Shown here one piece after another: positions 34,874 to 45,866 of a stretch of 64,000 nucleotides of DNA; positions within the stretch are counted from its first letter, which is position 1; each line of letters begins with the position of its first letter. The DNA comes from a virus. Under the pieces are notes generated by a model, which saw nothing but the letters and a program-made list of their open reading frames with translations, did no database searches and was not told the origin of the DNA. Made by a program: the position numbers and the translations under genes. The stretch is from IMG/VR virus record IMGVR_UViG_3300020447_000001, positions 52,383-116,382 of that record; one strand, given 5' to 3'.

Positions 34874-36400
34874 ATGTCAATAGCAGATAATATAAAAATT
34901 GTAACACTTTTGAAGCATGGTAACCGGTTACTGGTGGAACCTACAACGACTCAAATCTTGGATATTTTGGCTCCTTGTCTTACGTTTACAGAGCAAAAAC
35001 GGCATGTGGGGTGGAAGGCAAAACAGAGGATGAAGCAGCTAGGTAAAGGACCTGTGGAATTTATAGAACATTCTCTATTTGTACTGGATCACAAGTCTAG
35101 GGTAGTTTGTCCGTATGGATTTTGGAAGAAAGTAAAGCGGGCGCTTACGACAGCTGGGTACGGGGTTAAGTTCAAGGATTTGGCTCCGTGGCCTCCGGCA
35201 GACGTTATGACCCCTTGTTGGGAAAACATACGTAACTATGAGCTGCGACCAGGCCAGCGGGAATTTATCACGAAGGTTTTATCGCATAGATGTGGCCGAT
35301 TTGATTGTCCGCCTGGATTTGGAAAATCTTTTTTAATTGGCTTAGTTTGTGCGTTACTTCCGAAGGCAAAAATAGATATTGTAACTCAACGAGTTCCTGT
35401 ATTACGTGAACGTATTTACCCTGAGTTATGCCAAATGGTAGGAGACGTCGGTATTGTTGGTGGAGGTAAGCGACGAACTGGCCACCGGGTGATGTGTTAT
35501 ACAGCGGCTAGTATGCAGCATGCGAAGGAGCCTAGTAATACTCACATTATGTTTGGAGACGAGTGCCACGAACTTGCAGCGGATTCGTATGCTAAGAAAT
35601 TAATGGCGTGGGACACTAGTCGTAACTATGGCTTGTCGGCTAGCCAGGACATGCGAATTGATAACAAAGATTTACGACTAGAGGGGATTTTTGGTCCGAT
35701 TATTTACAAGGTTGATTATGCAGAAGCACAGTCTCACGGGCTTGTGATGCCTATTAAAGTGCATTGGTCTAACGTAAAAATGGACTATGATCCGTTGGCT
35801 GGAAAAGCGGATGATTTTGTTACACGTAAGAGGTACGGAATTTGGCGGAATGACGTAAGGAACACGGTTATCGCTAAGGACGCAAATAAGTATGATGAAG
35901 ATACACAAGTTTTGATAACGTGTGAAACTTTGCAGCACGCTATACAGCTTAAATCTCTATTACCTGATTTTACTTTGGTATATCGCGAAGGATCTTTAAC
36001 TCCGTGGGATCGGGCAAAATATGCTAAAGCAGGGCTTATTTCTCCGGACGAGCCTTTAACAAGTCTTAAGCGACGTATTTGGCTAACGAAACAGTTCGAG
36101 AAGGGTAAGTTAAAGAAAGTTATCGCTACTACTGTTTGGAACGTAGGAGTGTCCTTTAATTTTCTGGAGGTTTTAATTCGTGCTGATGGCGGAGGGAGTC
36201 CCATTAATGACGTGCAGATACCCGGACGTGTATCACGGTTAAGTGAAGGAAAAACGCATGGTATAGTTCACGACTATTTAGACCAGTTTAACTCGTCGTT
36301 TCATGCGAGAGCAAAACGAAGGGCAACTACTTACAAGAAAAATAGTTGGGAGCAAGTGCTGCCTCAAAAAAGTGCGCTAGAAAGTTTACTAAGCAAATAA
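34874..36400 (+). CDS. superfamily 2 helicase (UvsW-like)
   Basis: CPPGFGKS, DECH, SAS, ATTVWNVG, QIPGRVSR. Confidence 0.9.
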   Translation: MSIADNIKIVTLLKHGNRLLVEPTTTQILDILAPCLTFTEQKRHVGWKAKQRMKQLGKGPVEFIEHSLFVLDHKSRVVCPYGFWKKVKRALTTAGYGVKFKDLAPWPPADVMTPCWENIRNYELRPGQREFITKVLSHRCGRFDCPPGFGKSFLIGLVCALLPKAKIDIVTQRVPVLRERIYPELCQMVGDVGIVGGGKRRTGHRVMCYTAASMQHAKEPSNTHIMFGDECHELAADSYAKKLMAWDTSRNYGLSASQDMRIDNKDLRLEGIFGPIIYKVDYAEAQSHGLVMPIKVHWSNVKMDYDPLAGKADDFVTRKRYGIWRNDVRNTVIAKDANKYDEDTQVLITCETLQHAIQLKSLLPDFTLVYREGSLTPWDRAKYAKAGLISPDEPLTSLKRRIWLTKQFEKGKLKKVIATTVWNVGVSFNFLEVLIRADGGGSPINDVQIPGRVSRLSEGKTHGIVHDYLDQFNSSFHARAKRRATTYKKNSWEQVLPQKSALESLLSK

Positions 36401-36416
36401 TGGGGATTTATCGGAA

Positions 36417-37202
36417 ATGTTAACAATGACTAAATATCGAAAACAGCCTGTACCAGGAAAGAGAGCTACGCCTATTGAGGGCGCAGGTTCTGGTAATGCA
36501 GAGGAGCGCGACTTGTGTGAGCAGTTAAAGACTACTTACACCCTCGAGCGCCGCCTCTTTGAGGCGAGACTCGGTAAGTCAGTTAAACACCCCTATTCAC
36601 CGCACCCTCGTTACGATGGGAAAGTAACTGAGGTTACGATTGAGGACAGAAAGCAGCGTGTAAAGCACACGTGGCTTGATATTGTCACGACGTTACGTGC
36701 GGCCCATGTACATCCTTGTTTGTACGTACGAGTGATATTCCGAGGTATTGCGGGGACGGCTATGTCTCCTCCTTACCCGGATCAGCTGGTCAGTAAGAAG
36801 TGGCTAAGATTTTTTCATGAGCAAAGTGAGCTACTTGTAGCTGAAATACCTGGGCAATTTGAGAGACAATGTAAATTTTCTCGTTCCTATCTATTGCGTT
36901 ATCAGCAGGCTTTAGGGTATGACTTTCAATCAGCGGTATATTACTTGTTGACGGATAAGTTGGCACCTTTAACGTCGCTGTATCGTTATTGTTTAGCTGT
37001 GTCGATGTTGAGGGAGCCAAATCGCTCAAAAATCGACAATGAATCGTTATTTACGCAAGTGGCAAATAGAATCGAGCGTGAAGCGGTCATTCAATACACC
37101 TGCTTTTCTCGTGCATACGATGAAGAGTGGGGTGAGTTTCTTCCCCCTACATTTGCGGGAGAAGCGGAAAGGATCTACCGTGGCATGTTATCGGTGTGTT
37201 AA
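36417..37202 (+). CDS. hypothetical replication-operon protein
   Basis: 261 aa, between the two helicases. Confidence 0.6.
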   Translation: MLTMTKYRKQPVPGKRATPIEGAGSGNAEERDLCEQLKTTYTLERRLFEARLGKSVKHPYSPHPRYDGKVTEVTIEDRKQRVKHTWLDIVTTLRAAHVHPCLYVRVIFRGIAGTAMSPPYPDQLVSKKWLRFFHEQSELLVAEIPGQFERQCKFSRSYLLRYQQALGYDFQSAVYYLLTDKLAPLTSLYRYCLAVSMLREPNRSKIDNESLFTQVANRIEREAVIQYTCFSRAYDEEWGEFLPPTFAGEAERIYRGMLSVC

Positions 37203-38908
37203 AAGTGGCGATGGAGGTACCAATGTCAGTGCAACGGTCACGGTTGACCGTTCGTGAGTATCGACAAGTTCTTAAGGCGTTGTGTAACAGCCCAGAATTA
37301 TTTGAGGTATTTCGCGAACAACTCGAAGTATCACACTTCGGGATTTTAGAGACGTATCAACTTGTTTATCGTGTTTTGTTAAATTTTTATGCTAAGTACG
37401 ATGAACTCCCTACACCTGAATTGATGTGGGTTGAAGTGGAGTCTCTTCTGGAGAGTATGCCGGAGCATTTTTCTACGGAAGAGCTGGAAGACTTAGAAGA
37501 TTTCCTAAACCAAGATTGTGATGGGCATTCTATTGATGCAGCGATGCATAAGTGGGCATCGTCTAAGATAAGGCAGTTGATTGAAGAGTCTGTTCTTCAT
37601 GAGATGGCTGCGAAGGCAACGTCTGAAGTATTGCCAGTTAGTCTTCCTGATATGCTAGAAGGCTGGGAGGAAAAACTTACAACAATACAGTCGTTGGGTT
37701 TTACGGAGTCTTCTACTCAAACGTATCCGCCTAAGTGGGATCGTGTGGCTGGTTTGGCTTTGCGGTCTACTGGGTTATCGTTTCTTGATGATTTTTTGGC
37801 GGGCGGTCATTGTCCTGGCGAAGTATATGGAATATTAGCTCCTTACGGGACTTGTAAAACTACGCTTGCTGCGATGGTATGTTGTAACGAGGCTAGGCAC
37901 GCACAAGCTGTTAGATTAGAGACAGCGGGGTCTGGTGGATATCGTGTGGGTCTTTCGGTTTTGGTGTCGTATGAGGCTCCAAACTCACCAGAGTTACAAC
38001 ACCGTTTTCTTATGTATATGGGGCAGATACAGCGAGCTTCTTTAGCTGCGATGGACTCTACCGGTATACAGAGTCTTTCGGGAGATGTATTAAATCCGCT
38101 GCAATATGAGCGACAGAGATTTGCTCAGCAGATATCAGACGGTATGTTTAGGACAGAACGTGACCGTGTATCAGAAGTTGTATCTGTTATGAATGAACAT
38201 TCATTGGTACTGGATATGACGGGAAGTGACGAGTCTTTTCGAGGAGCGGGAGGTGGCGGTTTGAAGGAGATTGCTTCTCGATTAAAAGCTGAAATTAGTC
38301 ATCGTTCGCGGGATAGTATCCATGATTATTATATAGAGAACATAGTCATTGATTACGTTGGCGCGATGGTGAAGCGGCATTTAGCTTTTGCTGGTGACGA
38401 TTCGTCAGATCTTCGCCATCGAATTACAGAGGCTCCTCTGATGGCAGCAAATCTTCTAGCTAAGCCCTTTAAGTGTCCTGTGTGGTTGGTGCATCAGCTT
38501 TCTGGTCAGGCTAATGCTTCGTTTAAGCCGGGAGCTAGATTACACCATACGGATTCGGCGGAATCTAAGTCATTCGCAGAGAACTTAGATTTTGCTTTTG
38601 TGATTGGTAATTTGAACGAAAAGAATCAAGGACAGATTTCATGCACTAAACATCGACGTGCTGCCTCTAAACCTGCGAGGGTTATAGAGGTTGACGGCGA
38701 TTTTAATACTGTTGTTGCACGTGACGATTTATACATTGATCCGTCTAGGATGACAGTGGTTGATCGTGATATTGCACAAACAGTCGGGTATGCGACGCCT
38801 GTTACAAATGCGCATCAAAATGAGCAGGAAAATTTAAATCACAATGAAGAAGTAGTAGAGTGGGATCATTATCATGACAATGACGGAAGTGAGCCAGGTA
38901 CTGAATAA
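37196..38908 (+). CDS. replicative DnaB-like helicase
   Basis: GILAPYGTCKTT, VIDYV, VHQL, ENLDFAF, KHRR; directly upstream of the primase. Confidence 0.75.
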   Translation: MLKVAMEVPMSVQRSRLTVREYRQVLKALCNSPELFEVFREQLEVSHFGILETYQLVYRVLLNFYAKYDELPTPELMWVEVESLLESMPEHFSTEELEDLEDFLNQDCDGHSIDAAMHKWASSKIRQLIEESVLHEMAAKATSEVLPVSLPDMLEGWEEKLTTIQSLGFTESSTQTYPPKWDRVAGLALRSTGLSFLDDFLAGGHCPGEVYGILAPYGTCKTTLAAMVCCNEARHAQAVRLETAGSGGYRVGLSVLVSYEAPNSPELQHRFLMYMGQIQRASLAAMDSTGIQSLSGDVLNPLQYERQRFAQQISDGMFRTERDRVSEVVSVMNEHSLVLDMTGSDESFRGAGGGGLKEIASRLKAEISHRSRDSIHDYYIENIVIDYVGAMVKRHLAFAGDDSSDLRHRITEAPLMAANLLAKPFKCPVWLVHQLSGQANASFKPGARLHHTDSAESKSFAENLDFAFVIGNLNEKNQGQISCTKHRRAASKPARVIEVDGDFNTVVARDDLYIDPSRMTVVDRDIAQTVGYATPVTNAHQNEQENLNHNEEVVEWDHYHDNDGSEPGTE

Positions 38909-39944
38909 ACAGTTGTACTTAAGTTGTAAACAAATATTTAGTTATGTAAGGATACAAAATAAGGGCGAGAGCCAGCAGCGACAGGTGGGTTACGACGTTA
39001 GGACAAACACTCACAAGGCTCATGTCCGTTACTCAGGAGAGTATTACATTGTTAGTTGCCCGTTCTGCAACGATACTCGATATAGGTTGTATATTAACCA
39101 CAGGTTCGGTGTACCTGACGAGTTTGGCAGGCCAGAGCTTCACCTAGCACATTGCTTTAATGAAGATTGTCTTTCAGACTATCGAAACCGTGAAAAATTA
39201 TATGATTTAGTTCGTGGGCACTTTACGTTTGAGCCGGTTGTAAAAAAGGGTAAACAAGTTGTCGCGTCAGATTTCACTGCTAGTTGGCCGGGGGAGGTTA
39301 TACGTGTTGATAAACTCCCTGAGGATCATACAGCAAGATCTTACTTAGACTCTCGCGGTTTTGACCCGAATAGAATTGGTACGTACTACAACGTACATTT
39401 CTGCCACAGTAGTGACAGGTGGTTGTGTAAGAATCGTCTAATTATTCCCATCTATCAGAATAAGAAGATGCGTGGGTGGCAGGCGAGATATGTGGGTGAG
39501 CTAGACTGGAAGGACCCCAGCACACCTCCTAAGTATTACACATGTCCGGGCACACCTAGGGCTCAATTACTTTATAACCTAGGCAACGCGTCTAACTATC
39601 ACACAGGTGTTATCACTGAGGGTGTGAGTGATGTATGGTCTATCGGCCCTATGGGTGTTTGTACGTTTGGTGCGAGTATGACGGGAAAACAACAGAGTAT
39701 GTTTATTTCGGCTTTCAAGGATCAAGCGGGCATCCTTCTTTTCGATCCAGAGGAGATGGAGAAGGCGGCGATTCAAATGTTAATTAGTAACATGAGAGGA
39801 AAGTTCAAGAATGGTTTTGCTGCGGTAACTCTTCCGGACGGTGTAGATCCTGGTTCATTGGAACGGGATACTTTAAGAAGCTACATTGTGGAAAAGGCGT
39901 TAGAACAGAAGTGTGTAGTTTCATGGAAAAGAAAGGAAGGCTAG
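38874..39944 (+). CDS. DNA primase (Zn finger + TOPRIM)
   Basis: CPFC...HCFNEDC, RLIIPI, GWQAR, KYY, ITEGVSD, LFD, DPG. Confidence 0.9.
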   Translation: MTMTEVSQVLNKQLYLSCKQIFSYVRIQNKGESQQRQVGYDVRTNTHKAHVRYSGEYYIVSCPFCNDTRYRLYINHRFGVPDEFGRPELHLAHCFNEDCLSDYRNREKLYDLVRGHFTFEPVVKKGKQVVASDFTASWPGEVIRVDKLPEDHTARSYLDSRGFDPNRIGTYYNVHFCHSSDRWLCKNRLIIPIYQNKKMRGWQARYVGELDWKDPSTPPKYYTCPGTPRAQLLYNLGNASNYHTGVITEGVSDVWSIGPMGVCTFGASMTGKQQSMFISAFKDQAGILLFDPEEMEKAAIQMLISNMRGKFKNGFAAVTLPDGVDPGSLERDTLRSYIVEKALEQKCVVSWKRKEG

Positions 39945-39946
39945 TG

Positions 39947-42900
39947 ATGGCAAGAATTCGTAGAAATCTGGCGATTGACAATAGGGCTTCTCCTTCGGGT
40001 GGTGCTATGTCTAAGTCAGCGTTGAGTTACCAGAAAACGTACAATAAGCTTCGCAAGGCCGTTGAAGATTCTAGTATGTATCCGTTGAATGCGCCAGGGA
40101 TGCCTGTACCTCCTCCTGGTGGTTGTTTTGTTTCCTTAGCAAAAGGATTAGGAGACAATGAAACTTCTATAGCTGAAAAGACTCGCGGCGGTAAAAAAGT
40201 AACTGAATTCACACCAAGCGAGCTATTAGATCGGTTGTACGTTGAAGCGTTACGCAAGCCGAATTTTCAGTGCAAGGTTTCTGTGGGACCACATAGAGAA
40301 CAGCTAGCTTCTTTTGTTCCAGGGCATATTTGGAGTCAGAATCTAGATGTAGTGGACGCTGTAGATGGACCACATCCTGCGGATGTGATGATCATTGGCA
40401 AGATGCCGTGGCGAGAAGAGGTTCGTGAAGGTCGTAATTTGTGGGGTGACACTGGTGTATTGTTGCGTGAAATTTTAACCGAGCTTCGAATTTGTGGCTG
40501 GGCTAATTGGTATGTGACTAACGTTCTTAAGTTTATGCCTCCGGATTACTCCACACGCATTAAAGCTTCGTGGATTAAGGATTGTCTTCCTCTGTTGCAT
40601 CAAGAGTTACGTATTGTTAGGCCTAAATATATTTTGTGTCTTGGTACGGATGCGAGTAAAGCTCTTCTGGGAACCAAATATTCTGTGACGCACATGGAAG
40701 GTCGTGTCGAAGATCTCTCGTTTCCTACGGCGTTTGATCAGAAAGATCCTGAAGGAGACCGCACACATACAGCTAAAGTTATGACTGTGGTACATCCAGC
40801 ACAGGTATCTCGTGATCCATCTTCACGTCGGCAGCTGGAGCGTGGACTGGGACGTTTTGGGCAGCTTATTCGAGGGGTAAACCCAGCAGGAGAAGAAGAG
40901 GATTTAGATCATCGAACTATTAGCAGTGTTGGTGATCTTTTTCATACACTCGTTGAAATTGAAAAAGATCCTGTGTTCCGTAAATCTAATGTTATTGCGG
41001 TGGATGCAGAGTGGCATGGAAATCATCCTGGTAACGAGGGAAGTTATTTGAGAACGGTTCAGTTTTCGTGGTTACCTAAGAAGTCGGTTGGTGTCTGTTT
41101 GACTGGCCCAGGAGGCAAATCTGTTTTTGATCCAGACATTAAAGCTTGTATGTATTTGCTTACAGAGTTCTTTTGTGGGGGGGAGCTTTATGGGCATAAG
41201 TTCCGTAAGAAACGAGTAGTGGGTCATTTCTTTAACGCGGATCTCGAGTGGCTTGTGCATTACGGGTTAGATCTTCGTAACGAGTTTGCGGCACCACTTT
41301 ATGACTTAGAACTCGCAGACGAGGATAAGAATTCGTTACGGTACAAACACTACGCTTCCCTTGGGTTTAAGGCAGATGATGCGGTACCTGCTTGGTACCG
41401 TACGAAATATGAGGGTGGAGCCGATACAGGTTTAATGGCGCACGCTATTGAAGAGACAGCTCAATATAAGTTGGAGTCTCTTGCAATTCGTTACACTACA
41501 TGCCCTCGATACGACTCCGATTTGAGCGACTGGAAAACGTCTTATTGCAAGGAGCAAGGGTTATCTTCTAAGGACTTGGAGGGGTACGGAGAGTGCCCAG
41601 ACGAAGTACTTTTACCATACGGTATTTACGATGCGGACGTAACGCTTCGTCTCTTCTACGAGTTTGATGTTCTTCTTGACAGTGATTACGAGGGTAATAA
41701 TTGTCGAGAGGCGTTCTGGGAAAGTCAGATAGCTGCTCCGGCAGTCTTGGAGATACACCAGAGTGGAGTTCGTCTAGATATGGAGCGTGTCGAATCGCTA
41801 ACAATAGCTTTCCTCGCTGCTCGTGAGGAAAAGGTAGAGAAACTTCGAGAGTTGATTAGCTGGTCAGAGTTCAATCCGAGGTCGTTGATTCAGGTGCGTG
41901 AGTTTCTGTACGGTGTCAAGTTAAACGGTAAGAAGACGGAGGACGGGCAGCCTGTGCGAGTGAGCCCCGCTGATGCGTTGCGTTTGAATTTAGAGCCTTT
42001 GTTCGATACGTCGAAACCACCTAAGCCTTGGACAGATATTCGTGTTAAAGGCAAGGAGGATGAGCATACCCCTTCGACGGGAAAACAAGCTTTAGCTTTG
42101 CTAGCGCAAGACGCGTATGACGTGCAGTACGATTTAAAGGATTCTCTTACGGCTGCTGACTACATTAATATGCTGAGGGACTATCGTTTTCTAGACCAAG
42201 TCGTAAAGACTGTTCTTCGCCCTCCTGAGATGTTGGATGACGAGTTCGTTAGAGATGAGGATGACGAGCTTGTTTATAAAGAAGGACTAGCTGGTCATAT
42301 GTGCGACGATGGTCGTGTCCGAACGCATATTTATCAAACTAAGGAAACAGGTAGGTGGGCTTCTGCACGCCCTAACTTGCAGAATATCAGTAAGAGCCGG
42401 GATAACGATTACAAGCGATTACTTGGCGATCGATATAAAAACAAGTTGAGGAGTGTTATGTGTGCTTCTCCGGGATGTGTGCTGGTTGAGGCAGATTATA
42501 TTGGGGCGGAATTATTTGGAATGGCGATTATGTCTAATGATCGTCGTATGATAGATCACGCACAACGTAATCAGCTTGGCGAGTCGCACCCTGAGTTTTA
42601 CGACATTCACTCGAATGTTGCGAAGTTATCGTTTGGTTTAGAGTGTGAGCCTACTAAATCTGCTATGGCGGCTATTGATAAGTCACATCTTCGCATAGTG
42701 GCTAAGAGCGTGATATTCGGTATTGCATATGGTCGAGGGGCTAAAGCAATTGCCATGGCAGCTAAGGAGCAGGGCATTAGCGTGAGTATTGATGATGCGC
42801 AGCGCATTGTCGACACGATTTTTTACATGTACCCAGGGCTAAAGCCGTTTTTTGCTGAGTGCCAAGATAGGGCCAACAGAAAACCTCGCCAGAATAGCGA

Positions 42901-43387
42901 AGTAAATTATGAGGGGTGGTTAGTTAACTGTTTTGGCCGGTATAGGCGGTTTCCCCCGGTGGCAGAAGACGATCGTGGGTTGCAAGGCGAATTTGGTAGA
43001 CAAGCTATGAACTTCCCTATACAGTCAATGATCGCCAGTGTAGTTTCTCGTGCGATGGGTTATCTATATCAGGCGCGTTTAGATACAGGTGACCCTGGTT
43101 TGTTTAAGGTTTTGTTGCAGATCCATGACGCTGTTTTGTTGGAGGTGCCTTATGAAAATGTGAAGTTTGTGGCGGAGGAAATATTACCTTTTGCCATGCG
43201 GGAATGCGTTCCGATTTACCCTACTGATTTAGATGGAGCGGCTACCACCAAGGAGCCTTACTATTTAGGTATTGAGGCAGACATGATGTTGCATTGGGGT
43301 GAGACTCTTTCTACAGAGAAAGCACAGAAACTAGGTTTGCCTACGGGTACTTCTACAAAGAACGGAATGGTTATGAACTACACTTAA
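39947..43387 (+). CDS. polA: family A DNA polymerase with N-terminal uracil-DNA-glycosylase-like domain
   Basis: UDG4-like IIGKMP..EE...G.TG, TNVLKF, ELRIVRPKYILCLG, VHPA; exonuclease DAEW/NADLE/YDAD; PolA TGRWAS..PNLQN, ADY...E, R..AK...FG..YG, NFPIQ, QIHDA. Confidence 0.93.
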   Translation: MARIRRNLAIDNRASPSGGAMSKSALSYQKTYNKLRKAVEDSSMYPLNAPGMPVPPPGGCFVSLAKGLGDNETSIAEKTRGGKKVTEFTPSELLDRLYVEALRKPNFQCKVSVGPHREQLASFVPGHIWSQNLDVVDAVDGPHPADVMIIGKMPWREEVREGRNLWGDTGVLLREILTELRICGWANWYVTNVLKFMPPDYSTRIKASWIKDCLPLLHQELRIVRPKYILCLGTDASKALLGTKYSVTHMEGRVEDLSFPTAFDQKDPEGDRTHTAKVMTVVHPAQVSRDPSSRRQLERGLGRFGQLIRGVNPAGEEEDLDHRTISSVGDLFHTLVEIEKDPVFRKSNVIAVDAEWHGNHPGNEGSYLRTVQFSWLPKKSVGVCLTGPGGKSVFDPDIKACMYLLTEFFCGGELYGHKFRKKRVVGHFFNADLEWLVHYGLDLRNEFAAPLYDLELADEDKNSLRYKHYASLGFKADDAVPAWYRTKYEGGADTGLMAHAIEETAQYKLESLAIRYTTCPRYDSDLSDWKTSYCKEQGLSSKDLEGYGECPDEVLLPYGIYDADVTLRLFYEFDVLLDSDYEGNNCREAFWESQIAAPAVLEIHQSGVRLDMERVESLTIAFLAAREEKVEKLRELISWSEFNPRSLIQVREFLYGVKLNGKKTEDGQPVRVSPADALRLNLEPLFDTSKPPKPWTDIRVKGKEDEHTPSTGKQALALLAQDAYDVQYDLKDSLTAADYINMLRDYRFLDQVVKTVLRPPEMLDDEFVRDEDDELVYKEGLAGHMCDDGRVRTHIYQTKETGRWASARPNLQNISKSRDNDYKRLLGDRYKNKLRSVMCASPGCVLVEADYIGAELFGMAIMSNDRRMIDHAQRNQLGESHPEFYDIHSNVAKLSFGLECEPTKSAMAAIDKSHLRIVAKSVIFGIAYGRGAKAIAMAAKEQGISVSIDDAQRIVDTIFYMYPGLKPFFAECQDRANRKPRQNSEVNYEGWLVNCFGRYRRFPPVAEDDRGLQGEFGRQAMNFPIQSMIASVVSRAMGYLYQARLDTGDPGLFKVLLQIHDAVLLEVPYENVKFVAEEILPFAMRECVPIYPTDLDGAATTKEPYYLGIEADMMLHWGETLSTEKAQKLGLPTGTSTKNGMVMNYT

Positions 43388-43399
43388 CGAGGATTATAC

Positions 43400-44086
43400 A
43401 TGTTTATCGTCATAGAAGGAGTTGACGGTTCGGGTAAGGGTACGCAGACAAAACGTCTTTTTGCGTACCTAGCCTCCCAAGGCAAGGATGTGGCTCAGTT
43501 TTCTTTTCCGCGTTACCAACAAACAGTACACGGAAAGTTAATTGGCGAGTATTTAAACGGGCAGTACGGTGATGTTCACATAAAGATCGGCAGCACGTTA
43601 TTTGCAGTGGATCGTTTTGAAACACGACCTGAGTTGGAAGCAAATCTAGCTGTGCGAGATTACGTTCTCTGTGATCGTTGGTGCCCTTCAAATGTTGCGT
43701 ATAGCTGCGCCAAGGTACCGGATGAGGAGGCCATGGATTTGGCAGTTCATCTAGATAAGGTAGATTACGATGTTTTTGGTCAGCCTGTGCCTGACCTAAT
43801 TATTCACCTAGACATTTCGATAAAAAACAGTGCTGAGCTGGTTGCGAAGAAGGCAGAGCGATGTTACACTACTCGTGATGCTGATGTATACGAATCTGAT
43901 CATGATTTTCAAAAGAAGGTCGCTAAGAATTACCGCTCACTGGTTAGACAAACCACACGTTACCGAAAATGGGTAACGATCGAATTGGAGCGTAACGGTC
44001 ACCTCTTAGATGAAGACGCTGTCTTCGGGAAAATCATATCTGCTGTAGAACGCATCGAAAATGAGCTTAGCAATGAAAAAAATTGA
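43400..44086 (+). CDS. tmk: thymidylate kinase
   Basis: FIVIEGVDGSGKGTQ, FPRY, CDRW..SN.AY, PDL...LD. Confidence 0.92.
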   Translation: MFIVIEGVDGSGKGTQTKRLFAYLASQGKDVAQFSFPRYQQTVHGKLIGEYLNGQYGDVHIKIGSTLFAVDRFETRPELEANLAVRDYVLCDRWCPSNVAYSCAKVPDEEAMDLAVHLDKVDYDVFGQPVPDLIIHLDISIKNSAELVAKKAERCYTTRDADVYESDHDFQKKVAKNYRSLVRQTTRYRKWVTIELERNGHLLDEDAVFGKIISAVERIENELSNEKN

Positions 44087-44104
44087 AAAAATGAGGAGAA
44101 AAAA

Positions 44105-45796
44105 ATGGCTAAAAAATTTAGTGGTAAGATTAAGGCACGAAAAACTAACACAGCGGAGAATCGCGCTTTAAAGACAGACGAAGAAAGCGCGATGTCAGTT
44201 TCTACGCCACGCGGCGATCATACGATTAATCCTAGTCTTACAAACGTTCGTCTGGAGCGTTTAGGTCGCTGCTATCGAGGCGGCAAAGCTGCGATTCGTA
44301 TTTGGAATACGTTAACCTCTACGAATCCCAGCGAGTCTTTAGACCCAGGCCGTGTTGGTCCTCGTCAGGATCAGCTTGGTGGAATGTCAATTTACGGGCC
44401 GTGTGCAGTAGCGCCGTGGGTTGGCATCACAAACGATGACATACCTAATTGTAAGTCGGAGGTGTTTAGCGCTATTATTAGTCGCCAAACGCCGTCTACA
44501 CGTTCGTTGCGGTATAAGAAAGATACGTATAACGTTGAGAAGGAAAACGTAGCTTTCTGGAATCTACCGTATGCGACGTTTTACCATAACTGTACGAACG
44601 CTTATGACGCTGGTGAGTTCGGTTCTGGAGGCGCATGGGATTCCAAGTGGAACCGACTTATGAAAGGCGGGATGTCTAGTTCTGGTAACTTTCGGGAATC
44701 TGCAATTGCGACTATGAAAAATCGCTATTTTGCGGTTTGTCATATTTATGAGTTAGGCGAGACGATGAATACAACTCGCTTGACTTATACTAACCGTGAT
44801 CAACAAGTTGAAGTTGTTGACCGGAATGGGCCTTTTGGTCTAGCAGAAGGTGATCCGCTTTACGTTCTGTGGATGTCGTCTGATTGCGGCAGCAAAATTC
44901 TTGAGCTGTGCCAACGGCAAAAAGAAGATTGGTCTGGTGATCCAGACGAGAATCCTGCTGGTTTGTATCGTTACGGTGATCCTTGCGGCACTTTTAATGC
45001 TGAGACTGGGGCTATCAGCGGTGGAAATATTTTCACTATTTTTAACCCGAAGGTCTGGCAGCCGGATAACACAAAGAATTCCACGTGGAATGGTGTTGTA
45101 CCTGGAAAAGATGATGTGGCTAGTTACCAGGTTAAGGTAAATCCGAGTTACACTGCGGATAGCGGTGTTAAGTATTCTGCTTCAATGACAGCGGACGAAG
45201 CGGGACAAATTTTTGAGAAGAATTTGTTCGGTTGGAAGGAAGATGGAGACGATGACGATTCCTATCTTCTCCATGAAACTTCTGTTGAAGAGGAAGCAAC
45301 TTTAACCGCGCGTGCGTTTGCGGACGTGCCTAAGTTGATCGAGTTTGCTTGGATGTCGAATCCTGAGTATCTCCAGTACGATTCGGTGCAAGCAGTTGTT
45401 AAGTCACGTAGCCAGTTCGTTATGCCAAAAGAAGCTTTTGAAGAAGAGAAAGCTTTTGCCGACATTGCCGAGGAGCCTGAAGTGCTTGCTCCTGTTGAAG
45501 TTGGTGACGTTTCCCCGGCGCTAAATACGACTCCAGACGATGAGTTTGAGGGTGGTGAGATCGAAGCGGAAGGGGCCACGGCGGCTACTGACGGAGATTT
45601 TGATGACATGGCGTCTGCGTTTAGTAGCGATTTTGAAGAAGATAAAACGTCTTCCGATGAGTTCGACCCAGAAGAAGAGTCTTCTGACATTGAAACTGCC
45701 ATGGAAACGAGTATGAGTAAGGCAAATAGTGCTTTAGCTAAAACCAAGAGTACGAAGCGAACTAGTCCGAAACGCAAGCTTAAGCGTCGTAGTTAA
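44105..45796 (+). CDS. putative ssDNA-binding/recombination mediator protein
   Basis: Long acidic C-terminal region; sits between tmk and the RecA-like gene and is followed by a terminator; function inferred. Confidence 0.45.
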   Translation: MAKKFSGKIKARKTNTAENRALKTDEESAMSVSTPRGDHTINPSLTNVRLERLGRCYRGGKAAIRIWNTLTSTNPSESLDPGRVGPRQDQLGGMSIYGPCAVAPWVGITNDDIPNCKSEVFSAIISRQTPSTRSLRYKKDTYNVEKENVAFWNLPYATFYHNCTNAYDAGEFGSGGAWDSKWNRLMKGGMSSSGNFRESAIATMKNRYFAVCHIYELGETMNTTRLTYTNRDQQVEVVDRNGPFGLAEGDPLYVLWMSSDCGSKILELCQRQKEDWSGDPDENPAGLYRYGDPCGTFNAETGAISGGNIFTIFNPKVWQPDNTKNSTWNGVVPGKDDVASYQVKVNPSYTADSGVKYSASMTADEAGQIFEKNLFGWKEDGDDDDSYLLHETSVEEEATLTARAFADVPKLIEFAWMSNPEYLQYDSVQAVVKSRSQFVMPKEAFEEEKAFADIAEEPEVLAPVEVGDVSPALNTTPDDEFEGGEIEAEGATAATDGDFDDMASAFSSDFEEDKTSSDEFDPEEESSDIETAMETSMSKANSALAKTKSTKRTSPKRKLKRRS

Positions 45797-45811
45797 TACG
45801 GTTCTTTTTTT

Positions 45812-45852
45812 AAGGTAGAGGGGACGCTCTAGGTCCCCCTACCTTTTTTTTG
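45812..45852 (+). terminator. intrinsic terminator
   Basis: AAGGTAGAGGGGAC-gctctag-GTCCCCCTACCTT (one bulge) with T runs on both sides. Confidence 0.75.
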
Positions 45853-45866
45853 TTTTGAGGGGAATT

